A stretch of DNA of 64,000 bases, taken from assembly GCF_009834535.1 (NCBI RefSeq), contig NC_045696.1:95544001-95608000 (forward strand), in the 5' to 3' direction. The DNA is from Camelus ferus. Its lineage: Eukaryota. Position numbers and translations under genes: made by a program. The notes below the pieces were generated by a model. It saw only the letters and a program-made list of their open reading frames with translations. It was not told where the DNA came from and made no database searches. Of the stretch, positions 37,351 to 51,469 are shown one piece after another (position 1 is the stretch's first letter; every line of letters starts with the position of its first letter).

Positions 37351-38995
37351 ACGGCTCTAATGACTTAACAGAGTGGAATTGTTTGTTTATTTTCCATTTC
37401 ATTCACTAACATAGTAATTTTCAGACTGAAGAAAATCAGCAGAATCCTGTATATTTGTGCGTACAAGATTAAAAACTACCATTGAAAATGCTGTGGGCAG
37501 AGTATAGAGCTTGTTGTAGGTAGCAAAGTGCCTACAAACTCAAATGTTTGTTGAGTGAATAAGTGACAGTTATGAGAACAAGAACTTATTAAGTGTTGGT
37601 GTAGTCTAGAAGATGTTGTAAAAGACATGAGACTCAGGCTTCTGTTTAGGATGCTTTAATGTGATGGAAAGAGGCAAAGTGAGTTTGTCTTGAAAGACAG
37701 AATGAGTTGGGAAATAGGCATGATGGGAGGAGCAGAGGCAGATTGCTGGTGAAGGAGAGGAGGATACATGCTAGAAAATAGTATGTTGATGCTGTATAAG
37801 TAATGGACCATGAAGAATAGGTGCTACAAAGGAGGAAATGGGATTTCCCGGAGATTAAACAACTTCTCTAAGGTTGGTCTCCAAATCTGTGCTCTCCTGT
37901 TGTGACTCTTTAAAAGCATTTTGTAAACTGTTAAAGCACTGTACATACTTTACTTATGAATCTTAGGTCATTCTGCAATTCTGTGCAGTTAATAGTTAGA
38001 CCATTTCAGCTGGGAAGCACTAAACTATGGTTGAATTCTCTTCTAACTCAAAGATTTATTATTTTTAAGCTTGGAGATAGATAATCACTGTCTTGCATAT
38101 ACTTATTCCTAGTTAAATTAAAAATAAAGTTTCATGCAATTGTTTCCTTTTTTTTTTTGACTGGTCGTATTCAAATAATCAAACTTAATTTATCTTTTAA
38201 AAATAGAATTGCATTAACAACGTTCGATAGCACTTCCATTCTATTTGAGAAGCTATAACTCATGAGGAAAATGGACTTCGAGAAGCACTTAGGAAGGAAT
38301 AGTACAGGAATATAAATCGTATACATGTCCTCCTAGGAAGGCAGTTATGTTTAAAACTCTTACAAATCATGGTTTATAGTAGTTGTTTTAGAACAAGAAA
38401 TGAGTATATTACTGTACATATATTTTTATGGCTTCATAAAGCTAAGTACTGCTTAAATGTATAAAGGGGTCATTATGTCAACTAAATGACTTTTCTTCCA
38501 CTAGAGTAGGTTTTAAATATCTGAACTTAGCAAAGACTTGCTAGCTTATCCTTGTCCTGAATGTAGAGATAATTCTGAAAGAGATATTTCAGTGTTTGAT
38601 CAATCATAATTAAAATAAAAATAAAACATACTCTCCATTTTCCTTTGAGCACCAGCAATTTGAACTTCAGATAATTTTTAAAATGAAAAATTCATAATTA
38701 CTGACCTGAAAATGTTCCAAGTAGGAGTGAAGAACTGCTCACCAGTTAATGAATCCAATTGAGCTGCTTTCTACCAATTCCTTGCCTCTTAAAAATTTTC
38801 TATAATACACTTAGAAGATATAATCTACCAAGTAAATAGCTAAATGATCATCATCTAGGAAGGTCCATATTGACTCTCCTTCCAAATAACTCAGAAGATT
38901 TACTTAGAGCTTCTGAACTCTAATCCAGTTCCACTGAACTTAACAAGATCAAACTCCAAATTTGAAAAGATCAACATGCTAGACATCGTTAGAGC

Positions 38996-39047
38996 TGTAG
39001 AGATGACAAAAATGAATTATGTGTAGAGATGACAAAAATGAATTATG
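38996..39047. repeat. Perfect 26-bp tandem duplication inside an L2 fragment
   Basis: tgtagagatgacaaaaatgaattatg x2. Confidence 0.95.
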
Positions 39048-39424
39048 TCTTAGTTCATTTCCTCAAAGAGTTTCCAATCAAGACAAGGAGTAAGAAATAT
39101 ATAGATGGCTAGCAAGAATTCAGGTTAGAAGAGAGAGATAAACAAAATGCTCTGGAAGAAGCTAAAGGGAAAAAAAAAAGAAGAAAAAACTTTCCACTGC
39201 AGAGAGGTAAGGCAATTAGGGGAAGATTCACAGAGGTGGCTGCATTTCAGTAAATTGGGTTTCAATAGGTTGAAAGGGGCTAAAGAAGAGATATCATAAA
39301 CTGAGAGCAGAAGTCTTGAGATAGGATACTTCAGACTCATCCTCAGTACTGCTGAATCTTGTGGATTTCCTTCCTGATGACTCATCATGGGTGAGGCATT
39401 CCCATATTGCTGAGGCCAGGGGCA

Positions 39425-39605
39425 AGCTGTGCATAGCGGTAGCAAGACCATAGCTTCTGGGCTCAGACAGATTTAGATTCTAGCTCTGCTACTTACTAGC
39501 AGACATGCAGACATGCTACCTGCTGTTTCTGAGCCTCACTTTTCTTATCTGTGTTGTAGGACTAGTAGCACTTACCTTAAAGGGCAGTTAAGAAAATTAA
39601 TTTTA
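39425..39605 (+). mobile_element. MIR SINE
   Basis: 'ctagctctgctacttactagc...ctgagcctcacttttcttatctgt'. Confidence 0.75.
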
Positions 39606-39609
39606 AAAA

Positions 39610-40350
39610 CTCCATAGAGAGCAAATACTAAAGAAAACAACAAAGAGATATACTAAACAAAAATGGAATCCTAAAAAAAGGGTTCAATTAACCCATAAGA
39701 AGGCAAGAAAAGAAACAGAAGAAACAGAAAGAAAACAATAAAAAGATGACAGACTTAAGCTTATAGCTCAAATCTTGAAGCAGTTCAGATGTCCTTCAAC
39801 AGATGATTGGTTAATTAAACTCTGGTACACATACACCCTGGAATACTACAGACCAGTAAAAAGAAATGAATTTTTAGTACAGGCAACAACCTGAAAGAAT
39901 CTCAAAGGAATTATGCTGAATGGAAAAAATTCAATCCCAAAGATTACATATTATATGATTTCATGTATATAATATTCTTGAAATGACAAAATTACAAAAA
40001 TGGAGAACACATTAGTGGTCACCAGGAGTTAAAGATTTATGTTTATAAAAGGACAAGATGAGAGAGCCTTGTGATAGAACTGTTCAATATCTTGAGTGTG
40101 GTGGTTGATCCGTGAACACAGGCATGTGATAAAACTGTACAGAACTAAATATACGCACAGACACATAAGTAAAAGTAAAATGGAGTAAATCTGCATAAGA
40201 CCTTTGGAGTGTTTCAATGTCAAGATCCTCCTCATGATAGTGTGTATCAGTTCTAGAAGATGTTACCATTAGGGGAAACACTATGAAGGATATACAACTG
40301 CACGCAAATCGACATTATTTCAAAAGAAAAGTTCAATTAAAACAAAACAA
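39610..40350 (+). mobile_element. L1MC-type fragment and 3' end
   Basis: 'gtaaatctgcataaga...caatgtcaagatcct...gatgttaccattaggggaaac...aaaagttcaattaaaa'. Confidence 0.8.
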
Positions 40351-40364
40351 AACTCCATAGACCT

Positions 40365-40766
40365 TATATTAGTTTGCTAAGGTTGCCATAATAAAATATC
40401 ACTGACTTGGTGGCTTAAACAGCAGAAATTTATTTTCTCATAGTTCTGGAAGCTAGAAGTCTAAGATCAGATTGTCACTTTGGGTTTCTTCTGAGAATTC
40501 TCTCCTTGGCTTTCGGATGGCTGCCTTCTTGCTGTGTCCTCATATGGTCTTTTCTCTGTGTGTGCTCATGTCTGTGTCCAAGTTTCCGTTTCTTGTAAGG
40601 ACACCAGTCGTATTGCACTGGAGCTCACCTAAAGCCTCATTTTAACTTAGCTAATTATGTAAAAACTTCTCCTCCAAATACGGTTACATTCTAAGGCATT
40701 GGGATTTTGGGCTTCAACATTTAAATGGCTGATGGGGTGGGGGAAGGCACAATTCAGTCCACTACA
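40365..40766 (-). mobile_element. MaLR solo LTR (MLT1A/B-like) nested in L1
   Basis: 'tattagtttgctaaggttgccataataaaatatcac...ggcttaaacagcagaaatttattttctca...aattcagtccactaca'. Confidence 0.9.
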
Positions 40767-41390
40767 GACTGAAAGCTATAAAAGGCTTTGCAGAAAACAT
40801 AGGGGGAAACTTCATAATACTAGATTTGGCAATGATTTCTTAGCTATGACACCAAAATCATAGGCAACAAAGGAAAAATAGATGAATTGAACTACATCAA
40901 AATTAAAACCTTCTGTGCATCAAAAAGATGCCATATTTATAGCACCATTATTCCTAGTAGCCAAAAAGATGTAAGCAACCCAAACATCCATCAACAGATT
41001 AATATAAATAAATAATTTTTTAAAAAATTTGGTATATACATATGACACAACATTATTCAGCCTTAAAAAGGAAGGAAATTCTGACACATACTGAAACATG
41101 GATGAACTCTGAGGATATCATGCTAAATGAAATAAGCCAGCCACAAAAGGACAAACACTACATGATTCTACTCAGATGAGTTACTTCAAATAGTCACATT
41201 CATAGAGACAGAAAGTAGAATAGTGATTGCCAGGAGCTGGGATAGAGGGGAGAATGTGGAATTATTATTTAATAGGTAAAGTTTCACTTTTGCAAAATGA
41301 AAAGAGTTCTATGGATGGTGGTGATTGCTGCACAACAATGTGAATGTATTTAATGTCACTGAATTGTACACTTTTAAATGGTTAAGATAT
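40767..41390 (+). mobile_element. L1MB-type 3' region with an internal deletion
   Basis: 'ggcaatgatttcttagctatgacacc...gagacagaaagtagaatagtgattgccagg...gtcactgaattgtacacttttaaatggttaag'. Confidence 0.85.
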
Positions 41391-41899
41391 TCCCTCTTCC
41401 TCTTTCCTTTTTCTAAATCTTACTTCTTCAACAAGAACCTCAAAGATCTAGTCAGACTAGGTCTTTATCACATAACTTCTTTATTCTGTATGGCTCCAAA
41501 ACTGAGCAGTTGGTTACAGGCCATTTTATAGTCTTTCCCATTTAGACGTAAGAAAGCTATTTCTTGGTATTAATACATCTCTTTTTATAATATGACAGAA
41601 AACCTAATAACCCAAGTATGATAAGTTGTAAGTGTTCCCATCTTGTTGCTTGGATATATTGGCATTAATATTCTTGAGGCAATAAAAATATGGAAGCCAC
41701 TTATTCCCTCCCCCACCCCCCAGTAAAAATTGCATCTAAAGTAGAATTCTACTTTCTATTATTTTAATGTAAAATATATTGAGTGTTTTTCATATTACAT
41801 ATAAGAGTTAATCTAAACTGATTATAAGGACCTAATGTTCATACATATTAAACAGACTAGACATTTTGCCCAATACAAATTCCTCATTCCTTACCCTTG

Positions 41900-42115
41900 G
41901 ATTTCTTGAAGAATATCTTGAACGATGTTAATATATAGTTAAACATTCTATTGTTAAATAAGTTTGGGGATATTGGATAAGCAAAGTTAAACGTTTATTT
42001 GTGGCTGAACTTCTCAGATCTCCTATACAATAATTTGTACTTTTTCTCTCCAAGCAGAAAATATAGTAAGTGGGAGTTTCAAAACTTAATTTACCACTCT
42101 GACACTTATTATTTT
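41900..42115. mobile_element. hAT-Charlie-type DNA transposon remnant
   Basis: 'aaataagtttgggga...aaagttaaac...acttctcagatctcc...tttcaaaacttaatttacca'. Confidence 0.45.
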
Positions 42116-42539
42116 AGGTTCAATCATCTCAGGACTATTAAAACACCTTTTAGGGCAAAGTACAATTTGGAATTGGAATGTATGAGGATGTGACATGCTG
42201 CCCATGAGAAAACTGGAAACATATTTATGTTATTTTTTCCTGTAAAAGAGGTGGGAAAGGCAAGCATTGTTTTTCCTTGTTTAAATGAAAATATTCTGTT
42301 TGGAGTTGACCCTAGAAAAAATGAGAATGTTAGCATGCTGAAGTGATAACTAGCATTTAACAAGTGTCTGCTGAGCATCAAAGACTTAGTCTTATTACAA
42401 ACGGATAATAGAATGGTGAAAAAAAGAAGGATGTAGGATTGGGAATGCATTATTTTTCATTTGGATCCAGCTGAATTAATTATTATTATTATAGCTTAAA
42501 ATAGAGTGAGTAATTTAAGACCAGAGTTTAAAATTGAAA

Positions 42540-44110
42540 AAAAAAGTAGAGACAATTACATAAGGCCATGATAATTAGAAGATATAACCCTAAAAATACC
42601 ATTTTCAGTAGTACCTAGGAAAAATCAAACAATATATATGCAAGAATTATTCACAGAAAATTATAAAGCTTTAATGAAACTTTATAGAAAATCTAAATAA
42701 CTGGTAAAATATCCTATGTTCTAGAATAGAAAGACAATATTATAAAAATGGTGATTTTCCTAATTGATGTGGAGACCCTGTGCAACTCCAGTTGAAGTCC
42801 CAGCAGGAATATTTTTAAAAGTTGATAGTATGATTCTAAAATTTATATGGAAGAAAAAGGGCCAAGAATTGCCAAAATTCTTTTAAAGAAGAAAAATGAG
42901 AAAGGAAGACTTGTTTTTAATGGATATAAATACTTAAAGCAATAATAATTAATATAATATACTATTGAGGCAAGGGATAGACATATTGATCAGCAGAACT
43001 TAGAAAAGATCCAAGTACAAATGGAACTTTAATATATGAAAGAGGTAACATAGACACATTGAAAAAGGAAGGACTATTGAAAAATAGAGCTGACACTTGG
43101 TTAGTCATATTGGGGGGGGTGGAGGTGAAATGGCATAGAATTCATGGTATACAACCTAATTAAAATCCACTCTACATGTATTAAGATCAAAAGAAAAATT
43201 CTGGACTTCTGAAAGAAATTATACTGTAAAATTTTTCTGATCTTGTACAGGGCAGGCATTCTTAAACAAGATATAAAAAGCTAACCCTAACCAGGAAGGC
43301 AAAAAACCTGGTAAATTATTTTACATTAATATCAACAACTATGGTTCATCTAAAGATAAAGTGAAACAAACAAGATACAAACTAGAAGATATTTATAACA
43401 CATATAACCCAAAGAAGATTAATATCAAGAATATGTAAATCTAATGAGTGATTTGCCAAAAATTAAGAAGTCTTAGAATGCTAAGAAGTGGAGAAGATGG
43501 AGATCAAAACAATTTTCCTACATTGCTAGTGGAAGTATAGCTTGATATAGCTTCTTTGAAAAATGATGTGGCATTGTCTATGAAGTTCAAAATTTGTGTA
43601 CCCCATGACTCAGCCATTCTACTTGGAATTCAACCCTAGGCATTTGGATGTCTGTACAAGAATACTGATAGCAGTACTCTCTGCCACAGTAAAACAACCA
43701 ATCTGGAAACAGCCCACATGCTCTTGATGAGGGAACAAGGAAATGAATTGTGCTGTACTCACAGAATAGAATATTATACAGCACTGAAAACGCAGTGACC
43801 TACAACTAAATGCAGCATTAAGTATGAACTTTAGTATATTAAGTTTGAGTGAAAAAAAGGAATGCCATGAAATTAAAAACAGTATACATAAAAAATGCCC
43901 AATATATTCTTCAGGCATGTATACATGTGAGATACAGCTCACTTTTACAAACAAGAAAATAGAAAACACAAATTGCTCAAGAAGGTGCTAAGTGTGACAG
44001 GAGGATGAGTGGGTAAGTATGGATCTAGTTTAGGACAGGAATACAAAGGTAAGTATGTAAGTTATTGGTAATATTGTTGTTCCTGGATTGAGTGTTTATA
44101 TATTTCATTT
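42540..44110 (+). mobile_element. Old L1 (L1ME-type) ORF2 end and 3' UTR
   Basis: 'gattctaaaatttatatggaag...gggccaagaattgccaaaa', 'ccccatgactcagccattctacttggaatt'. Confidence 0.8.
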
Positions 44111-45184
44111 TTCCTAACTATGAATACATACATACATACGTACATATATACATACATACATGGTCTGCCAATGAACTATTTATATTAGTTCATTTATGAT
44201 TAATTTAATTTGTGCACCGGATTTAAAATAGAACATTTTTACGTTGTGATGTCCCCACTGTCCCATGGAAGCCATTAGTAGAGTGGAAGTCATTTGGCTT
44301 ACAGGCAACTCTGGCTCCCAATGTTTAGAGACTTTCTGTTCTGCTTCTACCACACAGAAAAAAAAGGAGGTCTTTGGGAATCCCCAATATAGTTCTGGCA
44401 TTACAAAGCTTCCTTGATCTGTGTAGAGACAGAATTCTTCTAAATGGCACAGCAAGGTCTTCCTGTGTGATGACGGGGATATTTTAAATGTCACTAAATT
44501 TCCTTCTCTTTCAGATAGCTTTATTTTTACAGCTATCACTCTGCATTGTAAACTATCAATCACTAAATCTAACTTTTCCATTTTTCAGATAATGGTCAAA
44601 CCTATGGAAGTGGGATTGCCTAGAGCAATGACCAAATCACGGAAATGAAAGTCAATAAAAATAGGTCATTTCTGATCTTCGGTCATGCAGAAATCTGTGA
44701 CTTTCCCCAACCAGTTTAGGACTTCAGTGATCTGAAACAGCAGCAGTGGCTGAAAAGTAAAGTGAATTGTGGTCTTCATGAGTCATCGATGCTAATCACA
44801 ACTGGTTTTCAGTCAAACTCTAGTGGCATCTCTGGCCTCACTGGAATGCATTAAAATGTTCCTTTTTCTGACAGCATGTATGCTAACTTTCCTTTACACT
44901 CACTTTCCACTGGGCAGTTTCCAACCTCAGTGGGTTAGTATTTTAATAGCTACCTTCCTCAGCCAGGAAACAGCTTAAGCTATAATTCATTCAGATTGGT
45001 AAAAATAGATCTTTCTGGGGACTACAATCTCCAAGTCAATTGAGGAAAACAACTGAGCAGCAGAAGGATGAAGTGAAAACATAACAGCTAAAGAAGAAAA
45101 ACAAAGCATTTTGTTTGATTGGGAGATGATTTCTCTCTAACTTTTGCAGTGTCTCTAATAACTTTAAAATAGAAGCAGCTAACT

Positions 45185-45624
45185 TTTTAAAAAAATTAAA
45201 GTATAGTGATTTACAATATTCTATTAGTTTCAGGTATACAGCACAGTGATTCAATATTTTTATAGATTATACTCCATTAAAAGTTATTATAAACTAATGG
45301 CTATAACCCCCTGTGCTGTACAATATATCCTTGTTGCTTATCTATTTTACACATAAGTAGTGTTCATCTCTTAATCTCATACTCGTATTTAGCCCCTCCC
45401 CCCTTCTCTCTCCTCACTGGTAACTGTTTGTTTTCTATATCTGAGTCTGTTTGTTTTGTTACACATTCATTTGTTCTATTTTTTAGTGCTATATATAAAT
45501 ATGATATCATACAGTATTTGTCTTTCTCTGTCTAACTTATTTCACTAAGCATGCTATTCTCTACGTCTATCCAGTTTGCTGCAAATGGCAGAATATCATT
45601 CCTTTTATGGTTGAGTAGTATTCC

Positions 45625-45672
<48 letters not shown>

Positions 45673-48600
45673 CACCATTGTGTGTGTACCACTTCTTTAT
45701 CCATTCATCTGTTGATGGAAATTTTGGTTGCTTCCATATCTTGGCTATTGTAAATAGTGCTGCTATAAACATTGGAACACATGTATCTTTTCAAATTAGT
45801 GTTTTCATTGTTTCTGGATATGTACCTAGGAGTAGAATTGCTGTATCATATGGTAGTTTTTAATTTTCTGAGGAACCTCGAAAGTGGCTGCACCAATTTA
45901 CATTCCCACCAACAGTGTCAGTGTACAAGGGTTTCTGTTTCTCTACATGTTCACCAATATTTGTTATTTGTAGACTTTTTGATGATAGTCATTCTTACAG
46001 GAATGAGGTAATATTGTAGTTTTAACTTGCATTTCACTAATAATTAGAAATGTGTTGAGCATATTTTCATGTGCATGTTAGCCATCTGTATGTCTTCTTT
46101 GGAAAAATGTCTATTCGGATCTTCTGCCCATTTTATGATTGGATTTTTTATACTGAGTTGTATGAGCTGTTTATATATTTTGAATATTAACAACTTGTTA
46201 TAATTTAGAAGGGGTTATGATGTATCACATGATTTGCAAAAATCCCTCCCACTCTGAAGGTTGTCTTTTCATTTTGTCAATGGTTTCCTTTGCTGTGCAA
46301 AATCTTTTAAGTTTAATTAAGTCTCATTTGTTTATTTTTGCTTTTATTTCTTTTACCCTAGGAGACAGGCCCCCAAAATACTGCTATGATTTATGTCAAA
46401 AAGTGTTCTATGTTCTCTTTAGGAGTTTTATGGTCTCAGGTCTTACATTTAGGTCTTTAATCCATTTTGAGTTATTTTTGTATACGGTATGAGGAAATGT
46501 TCTAATCTCATTCTTTTCATGTAGCTGCCCAGTTTCCCCAGTACCACTTATTGAAGAGACTGTCTTTCCTCCATTGTATATTTTTACCTCTTTTGTTGTA
46601 GATTAATTGACCATAGGTGCGTGGGTTTACTTCTGGGCTTTCTATTCTATTCTATTAATCTGTTCTGTTTTTATGCTGTTACTATGCTCTTTGGATTATG
46701 TAGCTTTGTAGTATAGTCTGAAATCAGGGAGCATGATACTTCCAGCTTTGTTCTTTTTTCTCAAGATTGCTTTGGCAATTTGGGATCTTTTGTGGTTCTA
46801 CGCAAATTTTGCGATTATTTGTTCTACTTCTGTGAAAAATATCATGGGTATTTTGATAGGGATTACATTAAATCTATAGATTGTTTTGGGTAATATGGCC
46901 ATTTTAACAATATTACTTCTTCCAACCCAAGAGCACATTTCTTTGTATCATCTTTAATTTCCTTCAACAATGTTTTATAGTTCTCAGAGTGTAGGTCTTT
47001 CACCTTCTTTGTTAAGTTTATTCTTTAGTATTTTATTCTTTTTGATGAGATTTTAAATGGGATTGCTTTTTGGTTTCTCTTTCTGATAATTCATCATTAG
47101 TGTATAGAAAAGCAACAGATTTCTGTATATTAATCTTGCGTCCTGCAACTTTATTGAATTCATATATATTAGTTCTAAGTTTTTTTGCTGGAGATCTTAG
47201 GGTTTTCTACATATAACATCATGTCATCTGCAAATAATGACAGTTTTACTTCTCCCCTTATAAATTGAATGCCTTTCATTTCATTTTCTTGTTTGATTAC
47301 TGTGGATAGGCCTTCCAGTACTGTATTAAGTAAAAATGGTGAGAGTGAGCATCCTTGTCTTGTTCCTAAGTTTAGAGGAAAGGCTTTCAGCTTTTCACCA
47401 TTGAGTATGATGTTAGCTGTGGGTTTCTCAAAAATGGCCCTTATTGTGGTGAGATATATACCCTCTAAAGCAACTTTGATGAGAGTTTTTACTGTGAATT
47501 GATGTTGAATTTTGTCAAATGCTTTTTCTGCTCCACTGACATAACTGCATGATCTTCATCCTTCCTTTTGTTAAAGTGGTGTATCACACTGATTGATTTG
47601 GAATACAGAACCATCCTTGAGTCCTGGAATAAATCCCATTTGATATGGTGCATGATCCATTTTATATATTGTTAGTTTTGGTTTGCTAATATTTTGTTGA
47701 GGATTTTTGCATCTATATTCATTGCAGATATTTGCCTGTAATTTTCTTCTCTGTAATGTCTTTGTCTGGTTTTAGTATCAAAGTAATGGTGGCCTCATAG
47801 AGCAAATCTGGGAGTGTTCCATCCTCTTCAATTTTTTGAAATAGTTTGAGAAGGATAGGTGTTGGCTCGTATTTATATGTTTAGTAGAATTCCCTGTGAA
47901 GCCATCTGGTCCTGGACTTTTGTTTGCAGGGAGGTTTTTTAAAAATTATTATTACAAATTCAATTTCACTACTAGTAATCAGTCTGTTCAAATTATCTGT
48001 TTCTTCTTGATTCAGTCTTAGCAAGTTTTAGGTTTTTAGAAATTTGTCCATTTCTTCTAGGTTGTCCAATTTGTTGGCATATAAATGTTTGTACTATTTT
48101 CATTATTTTTTTGTTATCTCTGTGTTATCAGTTGTTATTTCTTCTCTTTTCATTTCTTATGTTGTTTATTTGGGTCCTCTCTCTTCTCTTCTTGATGAGC
48201 CTGGCTAGAGCTTTATCAATTTTGTTTTCCTTTGAAGAGAACCAGCTCTTGGTTTCATTGATCTGTTCTATTTTTTCTGTCTCTATTTTATTTATTTCCT
48301 CTCTGATATTTATTATTTCCTTCTTTCTGCTGACTTTGGGCTTGTTCGTCCTTCTTTTCTAATTCCTTTAGATGGTAGGTTATGTTGTTTGAGACTTTTG
48401 TTTCTTAACGAAGGCCTGTATCACTATAAAATTTCCCCTAAAACTGCTTTTGCTGAATCCCATAAATTTTGTAAAGTTATGTTTCTATTTTCATTTCTTG
48501 AGAGGTATTTTCTAATTTCCTCTTTGATTTTTTTTATTGACCCATTGGTTTTTCAGTAGCATGTTGTTTAGTTTCCATGTGTTTATGCTGTTTCCATTTT

Positions 48601-48835
48601 TCTTTCTGTAATTTATTTCTAGTTTTATACCATTGGCATCAGAAAAAAAAATGCTTGATATAATTTCTACCCTCTTAAATTTATGAGACTTGTTCTGTGG
48701 CCTAACATGGGATATATCCTGGAGAACATTTCATATGCTCTTGAAAAGAATGTGCATTCTGCTGTTTTGGATAGAATGTCCTATAGATATTTATTAAGTC
48801 CAAATGGTCTATTGTGTCATTTAAGAGCACTGTTG
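45185..48835 (-). mobile_element. Younger L1 (cetartiodactyl/camelid type), 5'-truncated, ~3.6 kb: 3' UTR plus the 3' part of ORF2, disrupted
   Basis: Continuous antisense L1 ORF2 motifs ('gtagctgcccagtttccccagtaccacttattgaagagactg', 'gagagtgagcatccttgtcttgttcc', 'gaagccatctggtcctggacttttg'). Internal (TG)n at 45627-45669. Confidence 0.95.
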
Positions 48836-50329
48836 TAAAAGGCCAGCTTTTAATTTCATTTTAAAGTTATTATCATTTTGGTCTTTTGTTCAAGCTCTAG
48901 GAGTGTTATTTTAAAAAAAAACTAAAATGAAACAAAACTAGTACCATGGAGACTAGATAAGAAGGTACTGCCACAGAACATTTAGTCTGATAGGGGAGGT
49001 CATTTATTCATTTATTCATTTATTTATCCACCCATTCAATATTTACCATGTATCTTCTGTGCAGAAGGTACTGTTGATATAAATTAATTTGAAATACAAT
49101 CTTTTTCTTTAAAAAGGGTTTATATCAAATATAATTTAGTTCCCTATGACAAAGATAAATTGAAATTTTAATGTCAATAAAGTATAAAAATTTCACTCTA
49201 ACATTTTTCAATACATTATTGAAGTTTCAATGTCAAACTATATTGAGAAAGAATTATAGACAGTCTTTTCTTTTTAGGGCTTTTGCTCTGTACTTAAAAA
49301 TTATATCTATAAATCAAACTGCTCTATATTTCAGAGGATTACTAAAGAAATGAAATCTAGAATATCTTTGTGAGTCAACATTGCTGAAATATGTTTTTAA
49401 TATTTCTCACTTATGCCACACCATTTTGTACTGTGAATTACCTTTCAGGCCATGAAAACCATTCAAATTGAAATAATGTTCTTAGAGAATGGAAAGACTC
49501 AAGATGAGCGCTGTCTAAGTATGATTCCAATTTTATTCTCAAAGAAGATCACATCTTTTGGAAGTGCCCCCATAGAGCCCACATAGATAAAACAGTGACA
49601 CTTCATTGTGAAGGCAATTACATTTGTCATCTTATTACCAATCTGTTTCTTTATCTTACAAATTCCTTTAAATCCTGTGAAAACCTTATTGCTACTGAAG
49701 AATGTGCCTCTTGTCCCCTAAAGTAAAAGAAAATGCAAAACACAGATGCATACAAGAAAGTGTGGGACTCTGACTTTTCACAAATTCAACCCCTTGTTAT
49801 AATCAAATTTAAGAGATTTACAGGATTTTTTTTAAAGAAGACATAGAGAAAATACTGCTTATAGATACACTAAATGAAAATAATGAGATCACAGGCCATG
49901 ATGCTCTCACTAGTGACAGTCAATTTTGTTAAAACTTAAAAAAATTTAAATACAGAAGAATGAAATGTGTAAATCAAGTATAAGGAATTAGACCTTAGCA
50001 ATATCTATCAGGTCTCCCATTTTATTTTCTTTATGTGTCGTACTCAAATTTTGAGTTTACCATCAATTTTATGTGATTAAAGAAATAAAGGAAAGATAAA
50101 AACAAACAAAACAAACACTACCAAAAAAATGAGAAAACCCCAAGAGGAAACCAAATACATATAGAAAATTATGAATAAATTAAATACATATATACTGAGT
50201 GTTCTGTGTTCAAGATACTATCTTTACTATTACATGGAGATAAAAATATGACAAAGTAAAAATCTCCACCTTCCCAGTTTATATTTCTGTTGAAAGATAA
50301 GAGAAACAAACATGTAGAAAGAAAACCCA

Positions 50330-50625
50330 GAGGATATTGAGTTGGCTGTAATTCCTTCTAAAATTCAAATAAATATTAGAGCCTCCAGTATACTTTCTCA
50401 AAAAACTGTAAATTTCTTCCCCTTTATATTCCTTAACAAGATTTGTGCTTATTTGCTGACTTGTATATCTTTAAAAAATATCTATTATCCCTGTTAGGCT
50501 GGAAATTCCACAAGGATAATCATCACTATTTGGCTAGCCCATATTTTCTCAGAACCTACCATAATATCTAGCACATGAAAGCACTTAATACATTTTTTTA
50601 ATGAATGAGTAAATAAGTGAATTCT
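50330..50625 (+). mobile_element. L2 3' end
   Basis: 'ggctggaaattccacaagg...atctagcacatgaaagcacttaatacatt...aatgaatgagtaaat'. Confidence 0.65.
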
Positions 50626-51469
50626 AGAGGAATAATTACAGTAGATTTAATTTATTTGAAGAAATGCTATGTAATAATAAAATATAACCATAATAATGCT
50701 GAATCATAATCATGTTGAAAATAGACAATAACATTTAGGGAAAAAATAAAACAGTGGTAGAAAACTGAACAAAAAGTAAAAGATGCTTATAAAGAGGAAA
50801 CGTATAAAATGTGTCCTAAAGTTTGTGCTTGGAAAAATATGAATTAATTTTTTTTATTCTTTTCTATATTTTTCAAAGTTACTAAAATTACCAAGTTTCC
50901 ATTTCAGATAATGAATTACAAAAAGATACATTAAATGGTGTTGACAACTAGGTCTATCATAGAGTTTGGGGGAGATTTTAATGAGATTGTAAATGGATTA
51001 AAGGAAATTATAGCTAAAGAGATTATAATCCTCATATGTTAACTCTATCCTCTAGGGGAAATGCATGAGATTGGACCTGACTCCAGATGGTACAGGACCT
51101 TCAATATTAGGGGTTAAGACTATTTTTTTTAAGGCTTTTATTTTAATAGTCTTAAAAACCTATAAGCACCTAGTCATTTTTTTAAGTAAAGTTCAACCCA
51201 TAAGGAAAATTAGAATTAATTCACAGGCCATTTGATTTGGATTTATTTAATAGGCAAGTCTGAATTTTTCACTCAACACCTAATGAAGTTATTCTCAATA
51301 GTTGTAAAAGTTCAAATAACAGAATTACCATTCTTATATTCTCATACCCAGTGTCCTTATTTCCCTGAGGAAACCAAAAAAAACAGCACATGCACTCAAA
51401 TTCTAAAAAAATTAATAAGACTAGCTAGGAATAAAATACCAAGAACAATTAGCTAGTGCTCCTCTTTCT

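Noticed and set aside
44180..44581. Longest ORF (133 aa, minus strand)
   Set aside because: No recognisable homology or motif and no supporting splice or promoter structure; plausible by chance in 64 kb.
45630..48362. Several + strand ORFs
   Set aside because: Antisense translations of L1 ORF2 and 3' UTR.
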